NCBI GenBank assembly: GCA_000146045.2
Contig: BK006938.2
Location: 1,248,001-1,312,000, forward strand
DNA length: 64,000 nucleotides
Origin: TPA_inf: Saccharomyces
Taxonomy: Eukaryota
Direction: 5' to 3'
Part shown: positions 25,704 through 36,068 of the stretch, piece after piece
Position numbering within the stretch: the stretch's first letter is position 1
Layout of the letters: every line of letters begins with the position of its first letter
Notes under the pieces: model-generated
Told to the model about the DNA's origin: nothing
The model's input: only the letters and a program-made list of their open reading frames with translations
Database searches by the model: none
Position numbers and translations under genes: made by a program

Positions 25704-26258
25704 TTTTAATGCTTTTTTCGATTTATTCTCTTAGTCTGAATCAAATACCATTTTGAAAAAACGAAAATATTTCAAGAAAATTAATGTATTTTTTTGCACT
25801 ACCTAATATACTATTCGCATCAGGATGACCAGTCATTCCTCTTGTGGTCCGTGGCTTGTAATTTTCGGGAAAGATAGAAATCACTGCATTCATCGAAAGA
25901 AGTGAAAATAAATTGTATCGGGGAAGTAATGAGGGGTGGAATACGTAATTGCTTCTCAATTTGATAATACAAGTTACAGTCTTTTTATTGAGAGTCCCTG
26001 GAAGGAAAATTATTGATGTTTACCTTTTTTTGCGACGCGCGTCTGGCCATAAATAAAAGGGTTCTCTTGCCAAGAAAAAATAAAAAGGCGCCTTAAGGGA
26101 CCTTCTATGACAAATATGGTGAGGTATGCAACCTCAATGAAGAGCAATGAGAAAATTTAAGGGGTAAGTAAGCATCGGAATTTGTTGTTTCCTAACAATT
26201 TGTCTAATTTACTCAATAATATCAGGAGAATTGATCGAAAAAAGCAAACCAGGAACCC

Positions 26259-26267
26259 CTCACAAAT
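26259..26267 (+). promoter_or_regulatory. MSE-like element cTCACAAAT (middle sporulation element, Ndt80/Sum1) in the DIT1-DIT2 divergent promoter
   Basis: Matches the CRCAAAW core (CACAAAT), about 340 bp upstream of the DIT1 ATG. DIT1 and DIT2 are mid-late sporulation genes. Confidence 0.4.
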
Positions 26268-26601
26268 AAGGGAACATAAAGTAATTGCTCGTCTTTACAT
26301 ACATGGCACTCAATCCCAGACGTCGCGTGCTAAAAATCCTTATATTATTGGCCCCTCAGGAGTTTATTTGAATTTTGATTGCATTGCTTTCAGTGGACAG
26401 TATATCATAAAATTTGCAAGGGCATAGTGCCTGCCCTACGATGTTGTAAAACAATTTCTGAAAATAGGTTCAGAATCAAAAATGATGTATAAATATTGAA
26501 ATAAATTTTCACATAAATTGTGCTCCTCCGCAAAGTCTTGACTAAATAAACAATTTGTTAATATCCTAATTCGGTAAAGCTTTGTCGAGACATTAACAAA
26601 A

Positions 26602-28212
26602 ATGACATTTACTAGCAACTTGCCCTCAAGCTCCGAGCAGTCAATATCACCACCTGCCTCTTCATTTTCTTCATCGACTGATACGTTGAAAGATATTGAT
26701 ATTCCCCATAATGGGGCCGATTTGTCTACATATAGTAAATTTCTGGCCCTGTATTGCAGAAGCGACAAATGTGACGATTTTTACTCTTTAGAGGAAAAAC
26801 AGAATTGTAAATTTGGAGACCAATGGCTCGACTTTATCAACACTATTCACAATCTGGACTTTTCTGAATCCGAAGTAAGTGGACGGGTTTCTGAAAGAAT
26901 TTTGCCAGCTTCTTTAGCAAATAAATTTACCAATAATTTAGGAGTGGCAATAAAGATTTCTGAATATACACGCGATGACGAACGCCAGATTCGTGGGTGT
27001 GTTACAACAGTTGAGAATGAAAATTCTTTCAATAACTGGTTCGTATATCATATTTTAGACCAATCTCAATTATCTCTAAGTGAACATCCAATTGTAACCA
27101 AAGAAGTTAAGTATCACGAATTATTTGCAGATTTTTTTGAGAAAAATTTGAAAAACACAATAGTTAATGATCAATGGAATTTTGGTGGCCGTGATTATTT
27201 TATTGAACGTTCAAGATATTTTACCGATCGATATTTGAGAATTGAATGCATCTTGCCAGCGTTTCCATGTAAGTCATCTAATGAGCAAAAAGTGTACGGT
27301 TCCGTTCCTGACAAAGGCGAAGAACTCGCTTTGAAAAGATTAATAAAAGCCACACAAGACCTTGTCAAGATATATCCACCGGGTATGAAAATTTGGATAG
27401 TTAGTGATGGCCATGTTTTCTCCGATTGTATTGGGGTCGATGATGACGTCGTGAGTACTTACACGACCAAATTGCACGAACTGTATAAAAGAGTGGCTAT
27501 ACCTGGTGTTGACGCCATTGGCTTTTGTGGATTGAACGATTTATTTTTTAGCGGTGCAGCTAGTAAAGTTTTCGATCCAAAGTGGGTTAGTGATGTTGAA
27601 GTTGCACACTACACAGGAACTCAAATCTGTCCTAAGTCCGATTTGTCGAGACAGATTTTGATGAAAGGCTGTGATACAGATGCAGGTCGTTTGAGAAAGC
27701 AGATTGCAATAGAAGGACATCCAAGATTGCATCTGTATAGGGGCTTTTCACGTTTTATGATGGAAGATTTATCTCTACTGGAACATTTCCAAAGTTATTC
27801 CAGAAAAAAATTCAAGAAAATCATTTCAATGATCGCTTTTAACATGATTAAGAGAAATGACGCGTATTCGAACTTAGTGGAATTGATATTCCCTCATCAT
27901 TTGAGAATTTCTATTCATGCGCACACTAACAGCGGGCCCAAATTTGGTATAAAAGTAATCTCCAACGAACAGTGTTCTATTGTTAGTTCGTTAGAAGACC
28001 TTGATGAACCCAAATTTGAAGATTTTTTACATATTCCCACACCTTGGCATAATTGTGTCGTGAAGGTTGAGGATGAAAAGGAGAAATACTTTTTGACAAA
28101 ATCAAAAGTAGTCAAGGAGGCTCTCGAAAAGGGTATGTATGATGGTGTATGGAAAGATACTCGTTTCGATATTGGAGAAGGAGGACATTTCGTTATCAAG
28201 AAAATCTCTTAA
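26602..28212 (+). CDS. DIT1: DIT1 sporulation-specific dityrosine-pathway enzyme (isocyanide-synthase-like family)
   Basis: 536-aa ORF, divergently transcribed from DIT2 across a 0.9-kb intergenic region. Length and sequence match YDR403W. Confidence 0.85.
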   Translation: MTFTSNLPSSSEQSISPPASSFSSSTDTLKDIDIPHNGADLSTYSKFLALYCRSDKCDDFYSLEEKQNCKFGDQWLDFINTIHNLDFSESEVSGRVSERILPASLANKFTNNLGVAIKISEYTRDDERQIRGCVTTVENENSFNNWFVYHILDQSQLSLSEHPIVTKEVKYHELFADFFEKNLKNTIVNDQWNFGGRDYFIERSRYFTDRYLRIECILPAFPCKSSNEQKVYGSVPDKGEELALKRLIKATQDLVKIYPPGMKIWIVSDGHVFSDCIGVDDDVVSTYTTKLHELYKRVAIPGVDAIGFCGLNDLFFSGAASKVFDPKWVSDVEVAHYTGTQICPKSDLSRQILMKGCDTDAGRLRKQIAIEGHPRLHLYRGFSRFMMEDLSLLEHFQSYSRKKFKKIISMIAFNMIKRNDAYSNLVELIFPHHLRISIHAHTNSGPKFGIKVISNEQCSIVSSLEDLDEPKFEDFLHIPTPWHNCVVKVEDEKEKYFLTKSKVVKEALEKGMYDGVWKDTRFDIGEGGHFVIKKIS

Positions 28213-28653
28213 TAAAGTAAGAGCGCTACATTGGTCTACCTTTTTGTTCTTTTACTTAAACATTAGTTAGTTCGTTTTCTTTTTCTCATTTTTTTATGTT
28301 TCCCCCCCAAAGTTCTGATTTTATAATATTTTATTTCACACAATTCCATTTAACAGAGGGGGAATAGATTCTTTAGCTTAGAAAATTAGTGATCAATATA
28401 TATTTGCCTTTCTTTTCATCTTTTCAGTGATATTAATGGTTTCGAGACACTGCAATGGCCCTAGTTGTCTAAGAGGATAGATGTTACTGTCAAAGATGAT
28501 ATTTTGAATTTCAATTGACGTAATTAATGATACTATTAATAATACAGAGCGTATATGAAGTATTGCAAATAACATGCACAGTTCTTTTGGGATGAGAATG
28601 ATAATGAAAGGCGAAGGCGGGCGTTCAGAAAAGCGTTGCGGAGTAACAAGTGA

Positions 28654-29169
28654 TTAAATAGCACCCAAATAATCTTCTTTGATACTACCGATTGCGTGAA
28701 TAGAACTCACTTGACTGATACAACCTTCAATTTTAACTCTAATTCTACTTTTTATGGTGATGACATCCTCGGAACTTTGGTATGATGGTGGGTTTGAACC
28801 CGCATTAAAGGTTAAATCTTGAGGCATCAGATGCTTTGTCACAAATACTTTCATTGGACCTACTTGCACTTCGAACCCGTGCTGAGAACATGAAACGACT
28901 GTGCCGTCCACTACTTCCCCTTTAAATGGTTTGAAAACTACAGCTCTATATTTCACGTTGAACTCGGCGGACCCATCTGTGGGCAATATTCTCCCACGTT
29001 GAATATCTATATTATCATAGTCTAGGACACAAAGAATATATCCGAATTTACCCGTACACGAACCTTCAACCTCTTCCAATAGTTTTGTCTTTAGATATTG
29101 CTTCATTCGAGGACCGAAAAAGGACGGATGAAGGGTAATATTAAGCGAAAGGTCTTTAATAAAAAACAT
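28654..29169 (-). CDS. RPB7: RPB7 RNA polymerase II subunit
   Basis: 171-aa ORF beginning MFFIKDLSLNITLHPSFFGPRMKQYL. S1-like and OB fold. Exact length match. Confidence 0.9.
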   Translation of the reverse strand: MFFIKDLSLNITLHPSFFGPRMKQYLKTKLLEEVEGSCTGKFGYILCVLDYDNIDIQRGRILPTDGSAEFNVKYRAVVFKPFKGEVVDGTVVSCSQHGFEVQVGPMKVFVTKHLMPQDLTFNAGSNPPSYQSSEDVITIKSRIRVKIEGCISQVSSIHAIGSIKEDYLGAI

Positions 29170-29609
29170 TCTCAGAAATTGAGTTATTTATACAGTGGTT
29201 GAAATGTGAATCTATTCTTGGACTTTCCCACTGTCTAATCGCAAAGGAGAATGGTGTAGGAGGAGAAACGGAAAAAGAAAGGCTATGATATTCTGGGAGA
29301 AGAGATAGGTGGACAGACCTGATCGACCCAATGTTAGAGAATAAATCGACGAAGTGAGCTTGTCTACGTTATTGGCATTTTCACTGGGATATAGGAATAC
29401 CGCATTTATTTTCCTTGTATTTTTCAAAATAGCCGTTGAAACCCACAGAAGATCACTTAATACGTAATCGCGTTATACGAATTTTCTCGATGAAAAAGGG
29501 AAAACGATGGTATTAGAACTTGAAATGTACATACATTTCTTGTGGAGAACGTAACGCTACTAACAAATAATGTGCTTTGATTAGCAGGCTCCAACAGAAA
29601 AAAAAATAA

Positions 29610-30437
<828 letters not shown>

Positions 30438-30767
30438 AAGGTTTCCCATTCCACCCCTTCGTTAACCCACACGCAAATACCCAGATAAGCATCTTGCACC
30501 CCTCACACTTGTATATACGGAGCAAACTACATAATCTCTAAACAGAAAAAAAAAAAAAGAAAGAAAATTAAGAACATTACTTTTTCCGAGCAACAAACGC
30601 AAAAATATATGAAGTGGCTGTAGAACATGCCTTACGGAAGAAAAGAATGATGATGGCATCCCCTTCCCCTGCCCTGGAAGGTGGCCTGTATTTCTGTTCT
30701 TTTTTTATTTTTGTTCGCGCAAAGAGCAAGAACATTGGTTGCTTTACTTATTATTTTCAGGGTCGCT

Positions 30768-30775
30768 TCCGCGGG
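30768..30775. promoter_or_regulatory. PDR15: PDRE-like element TCCGCGGG (one mismatch to the Pdr1/Pdr3 consensus)
   Basis: Read directly. Lies within a GC-rich island at 30760-30900, about 440 bp upstream of the PDR15 ATG. Confidence 0.5.
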
Positions 30776-30830
30776 ATGCCATGCACGGATGCCTGCGGAG
30801 ACAGTGGCGCGGAGCCGTCCGCATGCTCGT

Positions 30831-30838
30831 TCCGCGGA
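30831..30838. promoter_or_regulatory. PDR15: Perfect PDRE TCCGCGGA (Pdr1/Pdr3/Pdr8 binding site)
   Basis: Exact palindromic-core PDRE, read directly, about 375 bp upstream of the PDR15 ATG. Confidence 0.65.
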
Positions 30839-31157
30839 GAGTCTCGAGCGGGTCCGCGAGGGGCGGATCTGCAACGCACGGTGCCGGGGTTAAGGTATGG
30901 CACGATGGTAAGACGATGAGGGAAAAGAATACTGCTACTGCTGTGCGAGACTTTGGTAGTAGGGATCGGAAAGGGAGCATGTACATCTGAGGAATATATA
31001 AGCAGGAGCTCTCTACCTGGACCAAATTGCCTTCTTATGTTGCTGTAAAGAGATTTGCTAGTCTTGTTGTAGATACGTCATATGCAGTATTCAAGTATAC
31101 TACTGTTAAGAACATCACATCACTAATACTATTAGCGTATAACAGTTACTATACGAA

Positions 31158-31165
31158 TATATAAA
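31158..31165 (+). promoter_or_regulatory. PDR15: TATA-like element TATATAAA, followed by an (AC)n tract at 31165-31179
   Basis: Read directly, about 45-50 bp upstream of the ATG. A second TATATAAG lies at 30995-31002. Confidence 0.4.
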
Positions 31166-31209
31166 CACACACACACACAAGCAAACACACTTATAATTAT
31201 CAAAAACCT

Positions 31210-34200
31210 ATGTCATCAGATATCAGAGACGTAGAGGAACGAAATTCGCGGAGCTCGAGCTCAAGCTCGAGCTCGAACTCTGCCGCCCAATCCATTGGAC
31301 AGCATCCATACCGCGGTTTCGACAGCGAAGCCGCGGAAAGGGTGCATGAGTTGGCTAGAACACTCACATCGCAGAGTTTACTATACACTGCTAACTCAAA
31401 CAATAGCTCTTCCAGCAACCATAATGCGCACAATGCGGACTCGAGATCCGTATTTTCTACGGACATGGAAGGTGTGAACCCGGTGTTCACTAACCCGGAC
31501 ACCCCGGGATACAATCCCAAATTGGACCCTAACAGTGATCAATTCTCCAGTACGGCGTGGGTACAGAACATGGCAAATATTTGTACTTCGGACCCGGATT
31601 TCTATAAACCATACTCACTCGGTTGTGTATGGAAGAATCTAAGCGCCTCCGGAGACTCCGCCGATGTGTCATACCAGTCAACTTTCGCTAACATCGTACC
31701 AAAGCTGCTTACGAAAGGGCTCAGATTACTGAAGCCCAGTAAAGAAGAGGACACTTTTCAGATCCTGAAACCCATGGATGGTTGTCTTAATCCCGGTGAA
31801 CTGTTGGTTGTTCTTGGGAGACCAGGGTCAGGTTGTACTACGCTGCTAAAATCCATATCTTCTAATTCGCACGGGTTCAAGATCGCAAAAGACTCCATTG
31901 TCTCTTACAACGGTTTGTCAAGCTCGGATATCAGGAAACATTACCGTGGTGAAGTCGTTTACAATGCGGAATCAGATATTCATTTACCGCATCTTACCGT
32001 GTACCAGACGCTTTTCACCGTGGCAAGGATGAAAACGCCGCAAAATCGTATCAAGGGTGTTGATAGAGAAGCGTACGCCAATCACGTGACAGAAGTTGCA
32101 ATGGCCACATATGGTCTTTCGCATACAAGGGACACCAAGGTCGGAAACGATCTAGTCAGAGGTGTTTCTGGTGGTGAAAGAAAGCGTGTATCCATTGCGG
32201 AAGTCGCAATCTGCGGCGCCAGATTTCAATGTTGGGATAATGCCACCAGAGGTTTGGACTCTGCTACTGCTTTAGAATTCATCCGTGCTTTAAAAACCCA
32301 GGCTGACATTGGAAAGACCGCGGCTACTGTGGCCATCTATCAATGTTCTCAGGATGCTTATGATCTTTTTGATAAGGTCTGTGTCCTGGATGATGGTTAC
32401 CAGCTTTATTTTGGGCCCGCTAAGGATGCAAAGAAATATTTCCAAGACATGGGCTACTATTGTCCTCCCAGACAGACCACTGCAGATTTTTTAACTTCAA
32501 TTACAAGTCCTACTGAAAGAATTATTAGCAAAGAATTTATCGAAAAAGGTACTAGAGTGCCTCAAACGCCAAAGGATATGGCCGAATATTGGCTACAATC
32601 AGAAAGCTACAAAAATTTAATCAAGGATATAGACTCTACATTAGAGAAAAACACAGATGAAGCACGCAATATTATCAGGGATGCTCACCACGCTAAACAG
32701 GCAAAAAGGGCACCACCTTCCTCTCCATACGTTGTCAACTACGGAATGCAAGTCAAATACTTGTTGATTAGAAATTTCTGGAGAATGAAGCAAAGTGCTA
32801 GTGTTACTTTGTGGCAAGTCATCGGTAACTCTGTCATGGCTTTCATCTTGGGTTCTATGTTTTATAAAGTGATGAAGAAAAACGATACTTCCACTTTCTA
32901 TTTCCGTGGTGCTGCAATGTTTTTTGCTATTTTATTTAATGCATTTTCGTGTCTTTTGGAAATCTTTAGTTTGTATGAAACAAGACCTATAACTGAAAAA
33001 CACAGAACTTATTCCTTGTATCATCCAAGCGCTGACGCATTTGCGTCTGTTTTGTCAGAAATGCCGCCAAAATTGATCACTGCTGTCTGCTTCAACATCA
33101 TCTTTTATTTCCTAGTTGATTTCAGGAGAAACGGTGGTGTCTTTTTCTTTTATTTTTTAATTAATGTCATTGCCACATTCACTTTATCCCATTTATTTAG
33201 ATGCGTGGGCTCCTTGACCAAAACATTACAGGAGGCCATGGTCCCCGCTTCAATGTTATTATTGGCAATTTCTATGTATACAGGGTTTGCCATCCCTAAA
33301 ACGAAGATTTTAGGTTGGTCCATTTGGATTTGGTATATCAACCCGCTAGCCTACCTGTTTGAATCTTTAATGATCAATGAATTCCATGACCGTAGATTCC
33401 CTTGTGCCCAATACATCCCTGCTGGCCCTGCTTATCAGAACATCACAGGTACTCAACGCGTCTGTTCCGCAGTTGGTGCTTATCCAGGTAACGACTATGT
33501 GTTGGGTGATGACTTCTTGAAGGAAAGTTACGATTATGAGCACAAACATAAGTGGCGTGGGTTCGGTATTGGTATGGCATATGTTGTTTTCTTTTTCTTT
33601 GTTTATCTAATTCTTTGTGAGTATAATGAAGGTGCTAAACAAAAGGGTGAAATGGTTGTGTTCCTAAGATCTAAGATCAAGCAATTGAAAAAGGAAGGTA
33701 AATTACAAGAAAAGCATAGGCCTGGAGATATTGAAAATAATGCAGGCAGTTCTCCAGATTCCGCTACAACAGAAAAAAAAATACTAGATGATAGTTCTGA
33801 GGGATCGGATAGCTCTTCAGATAATGCCGGATTAGGACTTTCCAAATCTGAAGCAATTTTCCACTGGCGTGATTTATGCTATGATGTTCCTATAAAAGGA
33901 GGTCAAAGACGTATCTTAAATAACGTAGATGGTTGGGTAAAACCAGGCACTTTGACTGCCTTAATGGGGGCGTCAGGTGCAGGTAAAACAACTTTACTGG
34001 ATTGTTTGGCTGAAAGAGTCACCATGGGTGTTATTACTGGTAATATTTTTGTCGATGGTCGTCTCCGTGACGAATCATTCCCTAGATCTATTGGTTATTG
34101 TCAACAACAGGATTTACATTTGAAAACGGCTACAGTAAGAGAATCTTTGAGATTTTCAGCTTATTTACGTCAGCCTTCGTCAGTTTCTATTGAAGAAAAA

Positions 34201-35799
34201 AATAGGTACGTGGAAGAAGTTATCAAAATTTTGGAAATGCAACAATATTCAGATGCTGTTGTTGGTGTTGCAGGTGAAGGTCTAAATGTCGAACAAAGAA
34301 AAAGACTTACTATTGGTGTTGAACTAGCGGCAAGGCCTAAACTTTTGGTTTTTTTGGATGAACCAACTTCAGGCCTGGATTCACAAACTGCTTGGGACAC
34401 TTGCCAACTTATGAGGAAACTAGCTACCCACGGTCAAGCAATTTTGTGTACTATCCATCAACCTTCTGCTATATTAATGCAGCAGTTTGATAGATTATTA
34501 TTTTTACAGAAAGGGGGCCAAACTGTATATTTCGGCGATTTAGGTGAAGGGTGCAAAACTATGATCGATTATTTTGAAAGTAAAGGAGCTCACAAATGTC
34601 CACCTGATGCAAACCCTGCCGAATGGATGTTAGAGGTTGTAGGTGCCGCTCCTGGTTCTCACGCTACGCAAGATTATAATGAAGTCTGGAGAAACTCAGA
34701 TGAATACAAAGCTGTTCAGGAAGAATTGGATTGGATGGAAAAGAATTTACCAGGCAGGTCAAAAGAACCAACTGCAGAAGAACATAAACCTTTTGCTGCA
34801 TCTTTATACTACCAATTTAAAATGGTTACCATTCGTTTGTTCCAACAATACTGGAGATCACCAGATTATTTATGGTCGAAATTTATTTTGACTATTTTCA
34901 ACCAAGTTTTTATTGGGTTCACTTTTTTCAAGGCTGACAGAAGTTTACAGGGACTACAAAACCAAATGTTATCAATATTCATGTATACGGTTATTTTCAA
35001 TCCTATACTACAACAGTATCTACCATCTTTCGTGCAGCAAAGGGATTTGTATGAGGCAAGAGAACGTCCTTCAAGAACATTTTCGTGGCTTGCGTTTTTC
35101 CTCTCTCAAATCATTGTTGAAATCCCATGGAATATTTTAGCGGGTACGATTGCTTATTGTATTTACTATTACGCGGTTGGATTTTATGCGAACGCCTCAG
35201 CTGCTGGTCAACTCCATGAGAGAGGTGCTTTGTTTTGGTTATTTTCTATTGCCTTCTACGTCTACATTGGTTCGATGGGTTTGTTAATGATTTCTTTCAA
35301 TGAAGTTGCTGAAACAGCGGCACATATGGGAACGCTATTGTTCACGATGGCATTATCTTTCTGTGGTGTTATGGCTACCCCTAAGGTTATGCCAAGATTT
35401 TGGATCTTTATGTATAGAGTGTCACCCCTAACTTATATGATCGATGCATTATTAGCCCTTGGTGTGGCTAATGTGGACGTTAAGTGTTCAAATTATGAAA
35501 TGGTAAAATTTACTCCACCATCTGGAACCACCTGCGGTGACTATATGGCATCATATATCAAGTTGGCCGGAACAGGCTACTTGAGTGACCCGTCTGCAAC
35601 AGATATATGTAGTTTCTGTGCGGTATCCACCACCAATGCCTTTTTGGCCACTTTCAGTTCTCATTATTACAGAAGATGGAGAAATTACGGTATTTTTATC
35701 TGCTATATTGCTTTTGATTATATCGCTGCAACATTCTTGTATTGGTTATCCAGGGTACCCAAGAAGAACGGTAAGATTTCCGAAAAACCCAAGAAGTGA
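31210..35799 (+). CDS. PDR15: PDR15 full-size PDR-subfamily ABC transporter, (NBD-TMD)x2
   Basis: 1529-aa ORF. N-terminus MSSDIRDVEERNSRSSSSSSSSNSAAQ. Two nucleotide-binding domains: Walker A GRPGSGCTT and GASGAGKTT; ABC signatures VSGGERKRVSIA and LNVEQRKRLTIGVEL. Two 6-TM blocks. Length equals PDR15 (YDR406W), which distinguishes it from PDR5 and PDR10. Confidence 0.9.
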   Translation: MSSDIRDVEERNSRSSSSSSSSNSAAQSIGQHPYRGFDSEAAERVHELARTLTSQSLLYTANSNNSSSSNHNAHNADSRSVFSTDMEGVNPVFTNPDTPGYNPKLDPNSDQFSSTAWVQNMANICTSDPDFYKPYSLGCVWKNLSASGDSADVSYQSTFANIVPKLLTKGLRLLKPSKEEDTFQILKPMDGCLNPGELLVVLGRPGSGCTTLLKSISSNSHGFKIAKDSIVSYNGLSSSDIRKHYRGEVVYNAESDIHLPHLTVYQTLFTVARMKTPQNRIKGVDREAYANHVTEVAMATYGLSHTRDTKVGNDLVRGVSGGERKRVSIAEVAICGARFQCWDNATRGLDSATALEFIRALKTQADIGKTAATVAIYQCSQDAYDLFDKVCVLDDGYQLYFGPAKDAKKYFQDMGYYCPPRQTTADFLTSITSPTERIISKEFIEKGTRVPQTPKDMAEYWLQSESYKNLIKDIDSTLEKNTDEARNIIRDAHHAKQAKRAPPSSPYVVNYGMQVKYLLIRNFWRMKQSASVTLWQVIGNSVMAFILGSMFYKVMKKNDTSTFYFRGAAMFFAILFNAFSCLLEIFSLYETRPITEKHRTYSLYHPSADAFASVLSEMPPKLITAVCFNIIFYFLVDFRRNGGVFFFYFLINVIATFTLSHLFRCVGSLTKTLQEAMVPASMLLLAISMYTGFAIPKTKILGWSIWIWYINPLAYLFESLMINEFHDRRFPCAQYIPAGPAYQNITGTQRVCSAVGAYPGNDYVLGDDFLKESYDYEHKHKWRGFGIGMAYVVFFFFVYLILCEYNEGAKQKGEMVVFLRSKIKQLKKEGKLQEKHRPGDIENNAGSSPDSATTEKKILDDSSEGSDSSSDNAGLGLSKSEAIFHWRDLCYDVPIKGGQRRILNNVDGWVKPGTLTALMGASGAGKTTLLDCLAERVTMGVITGNIFVDGRLRDESFPRSIGYCQQQDLHLKTATVRESLRFSAYLRQPSSVSIEEKNRYVEEVIKILEMQQYSDAVVGVAGEGLNVEQRKRLTIGVELAARPKLLVFLDEPTSGLDSQTAWDTCQLMRKLATHGQAILCTIHQPSAILMQQFDRLLFLQKGGQTVYFGDLGEGCKTMIDYFESKGAHKCPPDANPAEWMLEVVGAAPGSHATQDYNEVWRNSDEYKAVQEELDWMEKNLPGRSKEPTAEEHKPFAASLYYQFKMVTIRLFQQYWRSPDYLWSKFILTIFNQVFIGFTFFKADRSLQGLQNQMLSIFMYTVIFNPILQQYLPSFVQQRDLYEARERPSRTFSWLAFFLSQIIVEIPWNILAGTIAYCIYYYAVGFYANASAAGQLHERGALFWLFSIAFYVYIGSMGLLMISFNEVAETAAHMGTLLFTMALSFCGVMATPKVMPRFWIFMYRVSPLTYMIDALLALGVANVDVKCSNYEMVKFTPPSGTTCGDYMASYIKLAGTGYLSDPSATDICSFCAVSTTNAFLATFSSHYYRRWRNYGIFICYIAFDYIAATFLYWLSRVPKKNGKISEKPKK

Positions 35800-36068
35800 T
35801 GACGTTATTTTCCTTTTTTTTAGTTATATTATCTTTTTATTATATTCTATTCTCTCTACTGGGGAGAAATTACTTAATTTTCATTTATATTAAAATAATA
35901 CCTACTGTTTCATACTTTCACTTTAACCACCATTTCTTTAAGCTAAAGTTTAGGAACGCTAAACATATCATTGTTTACTTTTCGAGGAAACATAACTTTC
36001 AACATCAGGCTCTTTTCGTTTTATATTATCTATATTCTATATAGTAGTTTATAGAAATGCATTTAACA

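Larger units (their letters stand above)
30454..30863. promoter_or_regulatory. PDR15: Cluster of five STRE cores (CCCCT/AGGGG) upstream of PDR15
   Basis: CCCCT at 30454-30458, 30499-30503, 30660-30664 and 30666-30670. AGGGG at 30859-30863. PDR15 is known to be induced by general stress via Msn2/4. Confidence 0.5.

Noticed and set aside
28292-28302. Search for ARS consensus sequences (WTTTAYRTTTW) in convergent and long intergenic regions.
   Set aside because: Best hit is a 10/11 match (TTTTATGTTTC) between DIT1 and RPB7. I found no 11/11 match by eye in the regions scanned. This is not enough to call an origin.
30614-31025. Five overlapping ORFs of 70-101 aa in the PDR15 upstream region.
   Set aside because: They fall in the GC-rich PDRE island, where stop codons are rare. 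They overlap each other on both strands. I read this as regulatory DNA, not coding.
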